Source: Eledone cirrhosa (lineage: Eukaryota). From it: DNA of 64,000 nucleotides. The notes under the pieces were generated by a model, which was not told the DNA's origin, made no database searches, and worked only from the letters and a program-made list of their open reading frames with translations. Made by a program: the position numbers and the translations under genes. This document shows, in pieces, positions 42,741 through 57,217 of this stretch. The stretch is from positions 46,190,001-46,254,000 of the forward strand of contig OZ024745.1 of the NCBI GenBank assembly GCA_964016885.1, given 5' to 3'. Numbering within the stretch: the stretch's first letter is position 1; each line of letters starts with the position of its first letter.

Positions 42741-44099
42741 GTATATAGATAGATAGACAAATATGTGTTCATACATACATATAAACATACATCACTGGTG
42801 TAAATGAGCTTAAACTGCTCCTAAATCCTGACACACTGACATATGCACATTCTATCCAGAGTCACTGCCCACCCATCATTCAATTCTTCTCTAGATACCC
42901 CCTCCCCCACACTGCCAGAGGTCATCCCTGCTATCCATCATCCCTCACCCTGTCAAATCCCTCCAAATTTGGCACCTGCCCTTGACATAGATCCACACAC
43001 CCCATTTAGTGGTTTACATGATAAAAGCACCCAGTACATTCTGTAAAGTGGTTAATGATAGGAAGGGCATCCAACTATAGAAAACTTGCCAAACAAGGGG
43101 TCAGGGAAGAGTTTCAGCTATGCTGAGGACATAACAACTTCAATAGAGTTATTGCCATGAGAAATTGCACACCATTTGTAACATTGTATCCAAACCTTGT
43201 TAACGGGGGAGGGGGGCAGATGTTAAACAATGATGATGATGATTTATATATATATATATATATTATATATTATATATATATATATATATTATATATTATA
43301 TATATATATATATATATTATATATTATATATATATATATACATATATATGTGTGTGTGTGAATTTCGTATTGCTAAATTTAGATATAAATATATAACTAC
43401 GCACATGAATACAAGAATTTTGGGAAAGAAAATGAAAGATATTGATTTTCTAATACTTGTTATTCTATCTATCCATCTTTTAAAGTTGATAACTTCCTTT
43501 ACTGTTTTATGTTTCTACAATAATATCGAATTTCTATACAACTTTTAACTGTACTGCAATAATGGGATAAAACCAAAAATTTCCTTTTCAGAGCCATAAA
43601 ATATTGCAGTTGTTTACTACGCAATAAGTCCTACACCAGTATATTTCTCGTGCATTATACAACAACTCACACACAATGTTTGTTTTTTACAGTCAAATAA
43701 CAACCAACAATCTCTTCCTTTTATCTTTCTGTTATGATCACAATCTCTACTCTTCTGATCTGAAATGAGAAGTATCACTCCTATCTACATCAAATCAAAG
43801 TACATGCCCCATTTCAGATTAAAGAAATCTATTGTTTCCCATGTTAAAGATTTGAAAAGATAGTATACACATATATATATCAACATCATTTAACGCCCAC
43901 TTTCTCTGCTAGCAAGAGTTGGACGGGTCTTTAAAGACAGGCTAGGTGTTCACATCACACTTACTTATGATTACATATTCTACCATGGCACCAGCACTAG
44001 TGGTGTTGTCATATCTTTGACACAATTGAAGGGTCCTCCCAACCCTTTGTTTGGAAGCTTTGTATGGGTGGATACCCTTCATATCACCAACATTTTACA

Positions 44100-44147
<48 letters not shown>

Positions 44148-44198
44148 TTATATATATATATATATACATTTATATATATATATACATTTATATATATA

Positions 44199-44317
44199 AA
44201 TCTGTTATTTTAATAAATATTTGCTGTACGGTTCTTATATATTTTATATATATTTATCCTTATCGAGCCCTCTTTGGATTTTAGTCTTCAAATTTATTAT
44301 TATTACTATATATATAC

Positions 44318-44375
<58 letters not shown>

Positions 44376-44411
44376 ATAATAACAAATTTATTATTATTAC
44401 TATATATATAC

Positions 44412-44455
<44 letters not shown>

Positions 44456-44600
44456 ATAATAATAAATTTGAAGACTAAAATCCAAAGAGGGCTCGATAAG
44501 GATAAATATATATCAAATATATAAGAACTGTACAGCAAATATTTATTAAAATAACAGATTAAAGTTTAAGCAAAGAATCGCTGCTTTCACCCTTAACGGG
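44199..44600. mobile_element. Two tail-to-tail copies of the GAAAGCAGCGATTC family around (TA)n
   Basis: 44199-44310 and 44452-44560 are reverse complements. Confidence 0.65.
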
Positions 44601-44852
44601 AAATATATATATATTAGAAAAAAATGACGAAGTTTCGCTTACATCTATATGATATTTAATTGTGTATATATAACACAAATATATGTGGAGAATTATTTAT
44701 GGTAATATATAATTGTCAAACAGTTTAGAAATACCTCAATGTGTTTATATATTAGTCTGAAGAAAAAGGAGATTTTTTTTTTAGGGAGATAAACACATAT
44801 AATCAAATATAGATGGAAAAATTAGTTTTATAATCATTTTAAATTCTTTTCG

Positions 44853-45107
44853 TTAAAATAAAGTACCAGTAATGCACTGGGTAATTGCTGGCCTTGTGCC
44901 TAAAGTAGAAACAATTATTAAAACAGCGGTGGATTGGCAGTATCGGTAGAGGGTCGGACGCCATGCTTTAACACAGAGTTACAGTTCAAATCCCGCCAGG
45001 GTTAACTTTGCCTTTCATCCTTACGGGGTCAATAAAATAAAGTACCAGTAATCCACTGGGTAATTGCTGGCCTTGTGCCAAAAAGTAGAAACAATTATTA
45101 AAACAGC
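44853..45107 (+). mobile_element. SINE family 2: tail fragment followed by a second copy
   Basis: The second copy is flanked by the direct repeat attattaaaacagc. Confidence 0.75.
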
Positions 45108-46013
45108 ATTTTACATAGAACTACTGAAAGGATGTTACACATAATTTATATAAGCAAAAAAAAACAATTTAAATATATACATAATGAGCCTTCCTCAGAA
45201 GAATTTAAAAAAATAATATTAAATTAAACAGAATATAACAGAATTCAATTCCCACATTACAAGGAAATATTTTCTTCAATTGTCTACCTATTTCCCTATT
45301 TCCATCTTAAATAAATAACGGCTATATAATTTGTCCATCTATATATTTGATTATATATATATATATACACACACACAGACACACACACACATATATATAT
45401 ATATACATGTATGTATAAGTATGAATGCCATTGGCAATATACTGAATAATATATTGATAAAGTATAATTGTCAAAAGATAATTATTTATCGCTTGAGCTA
45501 AAATATATAACAAGAAAAGATTGTTTTCCAACTGATAAAAAGTCCCTTATCAATTTCTGGCAATTATACTTTGATGGTGTTGATAATTATGATATATATA
45601 TATATATATACTTAGGGTAAACATTGATGGAATTCAATTCAGGCACTCAACGTACTTTTTCCACATAGGAGTGACGGAGTAAATATCGAATAAGTAAAAG
45701 CGAAGTAGTTTCATATGTTCAAGTCCTTTAATAATAATGCTGTGATATATATTTCAATGACGACACTGGCCACACTGTTCTGTGTGCGAGTGTCGTGACA
45801 TCATCAGACAGCTTGTTACATAATAAGGTTATGTTTCCGAGGCAATCCAAGTTGAATCGACATGGGAACGAACGAAGTGTGTGCTTTTGGGTTCTTCATC
45901 CGTTCCCCTGTGAGTACCAATTCACCCCCACCGGTCTGCGCAGGTGCATGTCCGAAGGAAGTTGGCCAGTGTCGTCATTGAAATATATATCACAGCATTA
46001 TTATTAAAGGACT

Positions 46014-46199
46014 GCCAGTGGATTGGCAGTATCGGTAGAGGGTCGGACGCCATGCTTTGACGCATAGAGTTACGGCCCTTGCCATTCTGAGTTCAAATCC
46101 CGCCGAGGTTAACTTTGCCTTTCATCCTTATGGGGTCGATAAAATAAAGTACCAGTAATACACTGGGTAATTGCTGGCCTTGTGCCAAAAGTAGAAACA
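46014..46199 (+). mobile_element. SINE family 2 with 17-bp target-site duplication
   Basis: ATTATTATTAAAGGACT at 45997-46013 and 46200-46216. Confidence 0.85.
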
Positions 46200-46248
46200 A
46201 TTATTATTAAAGGACTTGAACATCTGAAACTACTTCGCTTTTACTTAT

Positions 46249-46305
<57 letters not shown>

Positions 46306-46332
46306 ACATTCTATATATATATATATATATAT

Positions 46333-46412
<80 letters not shown>

Positions 46413-46544
46413 ATACATATATATACTTATATATATACATATACACACATATATATATATATAGTGAAAAATGGAACGGGAACAAAACAGAGAGGCAGTA
46501 CAAACAAAGGTTTATTAGTTTCACGCTCTTGAGGGTGGGGTGGG

Positions 46545-46571
46545 GACGTTTCGGGCATAAGCCTTCTTCAG
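46545..46571 (-). ncRNA. Minimal PLE-type hammerhead motif
   Basis: CUGAAGA-AGGCUUAUGCCC-GAAACGUC with palindromic ACGU in place of stem III, and AAUAAA about 30 nt downstream. No stem I pairing is evident. Confidence 0.55.
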
Positions 46572-47139
46572 GAGAAAAGTGGGTGGGAAGAGAGTTCCGA
46601 CTTTATTAATATATTATTCTGTACACTACCAAAAACATTTATACTTATATACATATATATATATATATTCATCAATGATGACAATATAAAAAGGGAGTGT
46701 TGAGAGGGTACACTGTAAAATGGTTGACGATAGGAAGAGCATCCAACCATAGAAAGCTTACCAAACAAAGGGTTGGGAGGACCCTTCAGTTATGCCAAGG
46801 ATATGACAGCCTCCCTAGTGTTGGTGATCTACACAATAAATACAGCAAGTACATGCTGGAAACTAGTTGGTGACAGGAAGTGCATCCAACCATAGAAAGC
46901 CTGCCAAACAAAGGGTTGGTGGGGCCCTTCAGTTGTTTAAAGACATGACAATCTCCCCTATGCACACAATTGAATGTAAGACCAGACATAAGTGCAATGC
47001 AGACCCACACCTCCATTGGCCAGCCTGGGAGGTCATTAGACCTGTTTCAATACTGACTTGGTGTATATAGGCCTGACCAACCCTTGCTAGCAGGGAAAGC
47101 AGATGTTAAACAATGAGGATGATGACATTGATGATGATG

Positions 47140-47186
<47 letters not shown>

Positions 47187-48054
47187 TATGCATATTTAAA
47201 TGAAAGCATGTGTTTGTGTATTTATTTATGTGAGTCTGCAAATGTAGACGAGTGAGAAAATATTACACAGGTCAGATAAAGTTACCAGTTGACATTAAAT
47301 TTACTGTTAAAGAAAATTTATCATTTTAGCTTGGTTAGAATTAATATGATTGTCATAAGTTATCTATTAATCCATATTTGATATTGAGATTTGTGTAATC
47401 TTTTTGTATGTTTCTACTCATTGAATTTTCTCAGATTAATTAACATACATCATGGTTAGTATCAAATATTTCAACATTTGACCCATTATTAAAGGGAAAT
47501 AAGGATAAACAATATCTGCAATGATTGTGCTGGTAAAGACACGATATATATACTCTCGGGTCCCAAATAATAGATGAGGGAAATAAGCAGGGGGTTGGAC
47601 ATTTGCTTAAATTTTTATAAGTAGGAGGGGAGTAAACGGAGGGATTGGGAAATAATACCAAAAAAACTAACAAGAAATAAAAAATATGGTAAGACAAACA
47701 TACTTTTAATCAATGAGTCCTTTCTTGTTTAATAACATGTCATACTGACCTCAAATATCCAAGCCATCTTGCTTTGAAGAAGAATAGAATTTAGTAAAAG
47801 AAATTCTTGTGTTGTGTTTGTTTCACATGTGATATGAGCTGAGACAGTATGTTGTGACTAAAACAAAACAACTGCAAACTACTAGGGGGATTGTAGCCAT
47901 TAAAACACATACTTTTATTTTATTATTATTTTGTAACACTAATTTCTGATTTAGGCACAAAACCAACAATTTCTGGGGAGAGAAAAGTCAATAGCATTGG
48001 TCCCAGTACATGACAGGTAAATTACTATTAACATATTTTATCAACCCATATTTT

Positions 48055-49745
48055 CTTAGTTCTTTATGCTTAGTTTAGAACAGTAACATTCTTAAATTCA
48101 TGTGTGTATTAATGTTTCAAAGCTCTCATGACTCCATCTTCAGAATCATAATAGTCATATTAGTGGCATATTGGTAACATGTTTAAACAGTGATTGTAAG
48201 GTATTCTGGATGTTGTAAATCACAGATGCCTGATTTAAAATTCTTCAGGGGGTTGAAGCATGACAGTTATTTTAATTGGTTTTAAGTATGATGTATCTAT
48301 GTGATAATTTCTAATATATATTCTGATATTAATCAAACCTTCAGTTATTTGCCTCTTTTTGTATAGAATTCTATACAGAATTCTTGTATTATTAACTAAT
48401 GTTATACTAACTAATGTTTTTCATGAACTCTATGGAAATGTATTATGATAGCTACTTATTGTAAGTGCATAGTTAACCAATGGGAAAGTTTTGTGCTTGT
48501 GTGACCATTGTAACAATTTTAGTCATGAAGTTCACAACTTTCATGTTTACATTGAATTCTTCTGATGAACTTATACTAAAACAATCTGGTATGTATGACT
48601 TGATAATGGTATGCAGTCATTTAGCAATTCTGTGTGTAGGTGTGTTGATTTAGGAGGGTATTGGCCAGAGAGGATTATAATGTTTGAGAGTCATAACTGT
48701 GCCATAGATGTATGCAGGGTTAAACTCTCCTTTAATATGTTGGGATTGTATGCAACCTATTTGGTTAACAGCAGCAATTAGTTTAAGTTTAGTTCTTTGT
48801 TAAACAATGGTGTCATTCATAATTTTCTTAAATTTGTTAATATCTTGGAGTATATTGTTTATTTTTGTGATGCATTCCTCCTCTTTATCCATTATAACCA
48901 TTTAATTTCTCTTGTCAATTTTAACAAAGACAAATAATTCATTAAACTTTTTTAGTTCTTCCAATGCTCCGAGTAATCAAAATTTCTTGTTAAGTACGGA
49001 TGTTCTTTCTGTTGTGTTGGTGTCACTGTTTGTTTCCTAATTCAAATAATTTCTTAGTTTGTCATTAATCTTTATTATATTTTCATCAATGAGAGACTCA
49101 AGGGATTGATAAAGAAATACAAGTTCCACTTACTTTATATTTTTATCAGGAATGTAATTTAATCCTGAGTGAGTGTATGATGGGAGTGGTTGAAAAATTT
49201 GTTTTCATGTATAGGCAACAATATATTTCCATTCTAGAGATTACTATGTTTTTTTTTTATTTTGTTCTTTTTTAATCAGGTATCCATAATACCCTCACAA
49301 ATCCTTTTCGAACATTGCTAAGCATCTGACCAATAAGCCACTAATAAGTGCCCAGTCCACACTGTAAGGTGGTCATGTTGGTGACACAACAAAACACACC
49401 CAGTCAACCCTCTAAGGTGGTCGTTTCAGTGCCATGATAAAAATAACCCAATCTACACTGAAATGTGGTTGCTGATAGGAAAGGCATCCAGCTGTAGAAA
49501 CCAAGCCAAAATACAGACTCGTATGAGCAAGATCTGATTTCTGGACCTGACTTGTCTCATAATATGACAAGCCATCTAACCCATGCAAGCCTGGAAAATG
49601 GACATTATACGATGATGAAGATGATGATGATAACCAATCTGATTCTGAAGATGGAGCCTTGAAGGCTTCAAGACATTAATACACACATAGATTTAAACAT
49701 GTTATTGTTACAAACTAGGCATAAAGAACTAAAGTAGAAATATGA
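48055..49745 (-). mobile_element. Degenerate Penelope-like element with RT relic and inverted terminal copy
   Basis: 48580-48725 reads PAYIYGTVMTLKHYNPLWPIPS*INTPTHRIAK*L, matching the PLE RT pattern PxxYGxxKxHK...PLRPI. 48055-48150 is inverted at 49636-49735 and each copy has a decayed hammerhead. An unrelated repeat occupies about 49340-49630. Confidence 0.65.
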
Positions 49746-50157
49746 AAAATCTTGAATGTATATGATCAAAGAGGAGCATAGTCATGTTTTCAACATAGCA
49801 TAATTGAAATCAAGAAATAGAGAGTAAGATATCAATTTAGCTGTCAATTCATGTGAAGAGCCCATCACTTTCAGAGTTGAACCCTTTCATTACATAAGTA
49901 TTATATAATTGTCAAGGGTTTTGAGGTGGATCATAGGGAGATAAGTGTAATCAGAATAAATGTATGTTACATTGATATCTCACTCTCTATTTCTTAATAC
50001 TTGTTCTCTGTATTCCCACATGATAACAGGTAGCAGTCATCTTATGTCCCTTGTGTCTGATTCACCTTGAAATCACATTATTGCATTGAGTGCTGAACAT
50101 GGTTTATACCTGCATTAATTGCAAACAAAACAATGTATATATATATATATATATATA

Positions 50158-51795
50158 TTTGGGTTTGTTCCAGGGAAAGGCACCACTGATGCGCTCTTCC
50201 TTGTGAGGCAATTACAGGAAAAGTACCTAGCTAAAAGTAAGCCACTCTACTTGGCATTTGTCGACCTTGAGAAAGCCTTTGACAGAGTTCCACGTGCAGT
50301 AATCTGGTGGGCTCTTAGAAAACTAGGAGTAGATGAATGGCTTGTGAAAGCGGTACAAGCCATGTATAGGGGAGCAGTCAGCAAAGTTAGGATTGGCAAT
50401 GAGTATAGCGAGGAATTTAGCGTACAGGTTGGGGTCCACCAGGGCTCTGTTCTTAGCCCTCTCCTGTTCATCATAGTCCTGCAGGCAATAACGGAGGAGT
50501 TTAAGACCGGATGCCCATGGGAACTCCTGTATGCTGATGACCTCGCACTCATAGCTGAATCTATGGTAGAACTAGAGAATAAATTCCAAACCTGGAAGCA
50601 GGGACTAGAGAGAAAGGGCCTCAAAGTCAACATGACAAAGACTAAGGTCCTTATAAGTAGACGAGAAAACAGAACCCAGATCCCCTCAGGGAAATGGCCT
50701 TGCTCAGTATGTAGGAAAGGTGTAGGTAGGAACTCCATTCTTTGCCCCAAATGCAAACAATGGGTACACAAGAGATGTAGCGGGATCTCAGGAAGCTTAA
50801 TTAAGAATGTAGGATTCACATGCAGCAGCTGTGCTGAAACAGCAAGCAAACAGCCACAGGAAACAAGTACCACCAATCTCTGGGAGGGCCCTGTAGAAAC
50901 AGTAGACAGCTTCTGCTACCTAGGTGACCGAATTAGCAACGGAGGTGGGTGCTCAGAAAGTACAATAACTAGGGTAAGAACGGGATGGAAGAAGTTTAGG
51001 GAACTACTACCACTGCTAGCTGCAAAAGGCTTCTCCCTCAGAATGAAAGGCAGACTGTATGATGCGTGTATCCGAACAGCGATGTTGCATGGTAGTGAGA
51101 CCTGGGCGCTGAAGGTGGAAGACTTACGTAGATTAGAGAGAAACGAAGCCTGCATGCTCCGATGGATGTGTAACAGTAATATACGTGAACGACAAAGCAT
51201 AAATGAATTGAGAGAGAGACTGAGCATAAGAGGAATCAAATGCTGCGTGCAGGAGAGGCGGTTACGCTGGTATGGACATGTGATGCGTATGAAGGATGAC
51301 AGCTGCATAAAAAGGTGCAGAGCACTAGAAGTTGATGGAAACCGCGGAGTGGGGAGACCCAAGATGACTTGGGATGAGGTGATAAAAGCCGACCTTACCC
51401 AACTACACCTCTCAAAGTCAATGACACACGACCGTGACTTCTGGCGTCACGCAGTAATACAGGGTACCCGACCTCCCATGGGTACATGCTGAAGCATATA
51501 AACAATATGCCCCACTCCCCCCACCGCAAGGTGGTCGTGGAGGTGCCACGGCAAAAAAGCACCCAGCCCACACTGTAAAGTGGACGTGTAGGCGCCACGA
51601 AAAAGCACCCAGCACTCACTGTAAATGAGGTTGGTGTTAGGAAGGGCATCCAGCTGTAGAAATCAAGCCAGATCAGTTCCTGTATGAGCAAGGCATGGTC
51701 AGCCGACCAGACACTGCCCACAACAGGACAACCCGTCTAACCCATGCTAGCGTGGAAGAACGGACGTAAAACGGTGATGATGATGATGATGATGA
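50158..51795 (+). mobile_element. RTE-clade LINE, 5'-truncated, open from RT to C-terminus
   Basis: FGFVPG, DLEKAFD, YADD, PHD finger and RLRWYGH, then 3'UTR and (GAT)n tail. Starts directly after (TA)n. Confidence 0.95.
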
Positions 51796-52063
51796 TATAT
51801 ATATATATACGTAGCGTAATGGTAAAGACCGCCTTCAATCATGAATGACCATGGATATTGTACCTAGAAAGTTCCCCACTGAGGCACAAGTCTGAGCTAG
51901 GTTGTTTGTGGAAGACCAGCAGTTGCCCAAGCATACCAGTCTCCCCTTTCTATGTCACCGATGCTGTCGAAGGGAAAGGCAAAGGCCAATACAGCTTGGC
52001 ACCAGCGATGGCGCAACTCATTTCTACAGCTGAGTGAACTGGAACGGCGTGAAATACACACAT

Positions 52064-52126
<63 letters not shown>

Positions 52127-52241
52127 TATTTTTCACGGTTGCATGGGTTAAACAGACTATCACATACTGGGGCTAGACAGATCAAGTGACTTTGCTGTGA
52201 CTTTGCTTTTATGGCTGGATGTCCTTACTTGTACCAAGCAC

Positions 52242-52289
<48 letters not shown>

Positions 52290-52293
<4 letters not shown>

Positions 52294-52455
52294 AACAAGT
52301 AAGACCCCGACGGCTGAGCTCAAGCCGTTTCGGTCGAAACGGCTTGAGCTCAGCCGTCGGGGTCTTACTTGTTCCTATTACCCACTCCGCTACCCTAAGT
52401 ATTGAGTACTTTGGTGTGCGTTATGGTCCACCTGGTTCCTTACCACATTTCCTTC

Positions 52456-52460
<5 letters not shown>
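52290..52460 (+). mobile_element. Fold-back element (GACCCCGACGG family)
   Basis: Perfect hairpin 52290-52377 plus family tail, inside (TA)n. Confidence 0.75.
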
Positions 52461-52504
<44 letters not shown>

Positions 52505-52859
52505 GTTGTCTGGCAACTTGCCATACTAAAAATGACTCACCCACCAGTACAAGCAATGAAAAGCTAAAAGTGATGAGAAATTAGAGACTGCATGGAACAG
52601 AGAGGTCTCTTTTTACCCTGCAGTGAATGAAACAGACCCTTTAGTGTTGATACCTCAAGCGAATGCACTCAGTAACACTTGTAAAGTAGTAAACAAACAA
52701 ACTGAGGCAACATGGAGTAGAAAGGACTTCTGTCCTTTACAAGAAGATTGAGGTATTGAAACTTAAGTAACCTGTGCATCTTATTTTTGTCATATAACAT
52801 ATGCACAATGGTTAAGAGACATATAGAGGCGTCATTTGTAGTATTGTAGATTGCTTCAA

Positions 52860-53500
52860 GGCCACTGGGGAAACGTCTCAGGGGACAATCCCGAACAACA
52901 TGCAGTACTGTCTGGTCAGAGTACCTATAGTCATCACCTCAGCCGTCTTTCATTTTCCATTGATGGAGACGATGGACTGTTCTGGCATGTGTTGTGCAGA
53001 TTCAATTAATGAACAGCCATTGCTTTCTATGAAGGTCAAAACTGGCTGGTTTCACTGTGGGGTCCTGGACAAGGTCTTTGCTGGCAATTTTGGACTCAAT
53101 CCATGATCTTCGCCACTGTTCTTTCAGATTAAAGCTATTGTCTTGAAGAATGGTTTGCGTGATTTCAAGCCCGTATTGGGAATGTTTTCCAGGTTTTCAT
53201 GGATGGGAAGTTCAGGCTAGGACTTAGTAAGAAGTGCTGCGCTCATGGATCATCTGATGCCACATGTGAAGAAGGTTCTATATGAGAAAGGGTGGATAGC
53301 CACTGAGTAGGTGAAGATTTCAGTGTACCAGATACTATTCTCCTTGCTGAGTTGAGAATAGTGTCAACTTGCTTGGCATGGCAGCTCCCTGCCCAAACTG
53401 GTGAACAGTACTCTGCAACTAAGTATGCAAGTGCTAAGCATGCAGTTCGGAGTGTGTGTGCATCAGGCACCCAGGTGGTTACTGCTAACTTGTGGATGAT
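52860..53500 (-). mobile_element. Degenerate Ingi/Vingi-like LINE 3' part
   Basis: TLRTACLALAYLVAEYCSPVW...LNSARRIVSGTLKSSPTQWL is a post-RT motif of non-LTR elements. Clade assigned from memory. Confidence 0.6.
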
Positions 53501-55105
53501 GGTGGGAGATGGCAATCTTCATGTGGTCTACCTTGTATGGAATTCATTCCAACAAATGCCATTACTTGATATATACACAACTTGTATATAAACACATTGC
53601 AGGATACTGCTAAAAGTGACAGGGTATATAAGCCTTTCATTACATATTTCCTTATGGTTGTTTAGATGATACACATGTCTGCTGATGAGAACTAAACTAG
53701 GTTCAAAAATCAATTAAAAGTATTAATCACTGATACAATTTTGGGAGAAAACTGTAAACATTTGCATGTTTACATATCTATATATTCAATATGTAAATTT
53801 ATATACACATTTACACAGTCTTGGATACATCTATACTTTATATATACAGATATATAGATAAATATTTATCATATGATCATTCTTACATTTTTACATTTTA
53901 CATTTTATTTACCATATATATATATGTATCATATATATATATATATATATATGATAAAGAGTCAGATACTCTACTACCCCAAATATCGAGTAATCTGTTG
54001 AGTAATGGTATAACCTGTTGCAAACTGATTCCATCCTGATTTATGTATATATATATATACACACACTTCATCATCGTCATCATCATCTAATGTCTATTTT
54101 CCCTACCAAGGCTCAGTCTTCAGTCCCCTACTGTTTATCATCCTCCAAGCCTCATATACTTCACATATACATTTTATAAAATCACACTGTATGCACAGGC
54201 ATGCATTTATACTCAAGGCTGCCTCATTAGAAAGATATTTATAGTTTTGTGTTTTAAAAGTACTCAGATATACTTGTGTGGTTATTGTGTGCAGATTTGT
54301 TATTGTATGATTATGCCTGTGCATTTTATTAATTTTATGTTTTTATTTATTTTATATATTAATATATTTTTATATTTTTCTCTTATGAACTGACACAGAA
54401 ATAAAGTTGGCAGCCATTGTTGTTTGACATCCGCAGTGGATAATTCAATGTGGAAAATGCAGTAACTTATAACAGGATAAGCAGTATCAATATGACTGCT
54501 TATTGATTTGTTTATTGAACTGCTGCAAGTCCTGCTGATGGCAATGGCATATCGTTCACTTGTACAGCAAGCTTCTTATTCATCTTAAAAGATAACAGAA
54601 TAGAAGTTTTATTCGGCTGATGAAGATAACATGGTAGTGATGTATCTTATCTAGATACTGCTGTTGAATTAAACAACTGTTTAAATTTTATTAGTTAAAA
54701 TTAATAATAATTTCTGATTAAAACTCTGATGAGATTGGATAATGAGAGCTGAAAGTGTGTATCAAATGTTTATGTATTTTATTGACTATTTTTTTTTATA
54801 ATGGTGTAATAGTTACGTTTTAAGAAAATATATAGAAGTATTAACAAGCAGTGAAAAGTACTAGTGAGGTGCTTTTCTGAAAAATAATAAACTCATGCTA
54901 GAAATAATGAAAAATTATACAAAATTATGTGTTTAAGTGTGCTTGACACAGTGGTGTCATACTAGACAGCATGCTTTATTTCATCTATATAGTATTTAAA
55001 TTTAACATTTAAATTTCTCTTGTATCACATTTGCTTTTCATCACGCAATAGATCGGTAAATTATATCAACACTCGCACCTCATGTCACAAAAAAGATGTG
55101 TTTAA

Positions 55106-55326
55106 ACCTTTAGCATTTAAACCTGCTGTATCCGGCCAAAATTCTCTTCACACTCTCTGTTCAAACTGGCTGTAATCAGCCGCTAATACCAATGTTTAGA
55201 CATTGTTCTCAAAATAAATAACATCAATATCTCAAACCTTCGATATTATGTGAGATAGTTATGCGAAATAAAGCTTTTACCATGAAAATACAATAGTATA
55301 TATAGAGTAATGTAAATGCTAAAGGA
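55106..55326. mobile_element. piggyBac-like MITE
   Basis: TIRs CCTTTAGCATTTA / TAAATGCTAAAGG flanked by TTAA. Confidence 0.65.
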
Positions 55327-55748
55327 TTAAACAAAAATAAATTTTTTCATCCACAGAGATGAAATAGAAGTGCCTATATATGTTGAATGTTCCAGAAATG
55401 GACTAAATTACAAGTCATCTGAGAACAAGGAGATTGCTTTGTAAATATAATATAGCAATATACAAAGAAAATTTTATATAATCTTTTATTCTTTATTTCA
55501 ATCAGTAGACTGCAGCTTTGTTGAGGGTCCACCTTGAATTTAGTTGATACTACCAACCCCAGTACTTATATTTTCAAATCTGGCACATATTTTATCAACC
55601 TCAGTTTGTCGAACTGCTAAATTACAAGACATAAACACAGACATGGACACACACACACTCACACATATGGATATATATAATATGGATACATATATGTATA
55701 CAAATATATAAATCTCTCTCTCTCTCTATATATATATATATGTACATA

Positions 55749-55838
<90 letters not shown>

Positions 55839-55995
55839 ATGAGCTTCTGCAGTTTCCATCTGCCAAAATCATGAAGCGGACTCCTTAGCCACTCAGCTAT
55901 TCCTACACATTTAATAATTTAACCGTATTTAAAACTTGTGGTTTTTGACTCGGCAATATGTTTTGAAGTTTAACACAATGAGTATATACAATATG

Positions 55996-56037
55996 GAAGA
56001 AGAAGAAGAAGAAGAAGAAGAAGAAGAAGAAGAAGAA
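55996..56037. repeat. (GAA)n
   Basis: Seen directly. Confidence 0.95.
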
Positions 56038-57217
56038 ATATATAAAAAGAAATTATCAAACTTTTACTGTACTTGTTAGTTGTGTAACATTGCAGTTACT
56101 AGAGGTGCTGTCATCCCCCACCCCACCCCACCCTCCCAAAAAGGGACCGCAGTGAAAACAATATGCATTCCTAAAAAGTTTACTGGAAATATTTACCTTT
56201 ACAGTAAATGTTTTAAAGGACCATATCTAGAAGTGTGATTTTTTTAAAATAATTAATATGGGGCAGATGTGGGCTCTATAAGCCATAGTGAAGGCAATCC
56301 ATCTAGGAAAGCAGTCGCTCTGAATAAAATCTGTAACAGGTTAGAGAGGAAGGACCCTTAAGTCAGGTGAGACAACCTCTTTAGTGTTGGTGGCATAAAT
56401 AATACACCTTTTCCATGCTTTAAAGTGGTTTGTGTTTGGAAAAACTTTAAATATGACCAACACAACATATGATGTAGGTATTAAAAGAGAAATCCCACTA
56501 AATGTGAGGTTAAACTGTGAATCCATTATACTGTAGTACTTCATCTCTGAGGTATAGAAATAACCAACAATTGCTGGATTTGTTGCTGCAAGGCCATACA
56601 TTGTTTGGGGGAAATGTAGCCAATTGAATTTGTCTGAGGACATATTCAATACTTATTTTATTAATTCTGGAAGGATGAAAATCAAAGTTGATCTTAGAGA
56701 TATTTAATATACAGAACAAAGAAGGGTGAAAATAAATACTTTTAGATATTTAGTCTTGCATGCTACTGTCTCTGCTCTGCTACTGCTTCTAATATATTCC
56801 ATAAATACACATATATAAAGAGATATTTGTCTGCTTATATATGTGTGAGTCTATGTGCATGCACGTATGTGTGAGTGTATGTGCATGCATCTATGTGTGA
56901 TTTATGTGCATGTAAGTGTGGGAATTATGAAATATGTTTGCACCACTAAGTTTCAATATTTTGGTAAATTCTTCATTATAATATTTTTTTAATTTATTTC
57001 AATATTTGAGAAAGATATTTTTTTTTCATGATTTTTAAAATATAGTTAATTATTGGGTTGATAATAATATGTATGCTGTTCTATAAAATATTTACCAAAA
57101 TGAATCTAGTTAAACACATCAAAAAATGAAAATATCACCAAAAAATACCAGCCAACAGTGCAATACTTTTCTAATCTAATTGCATTCCAAATATCAATAA
57201 CAAATGTGTTCAAATAC

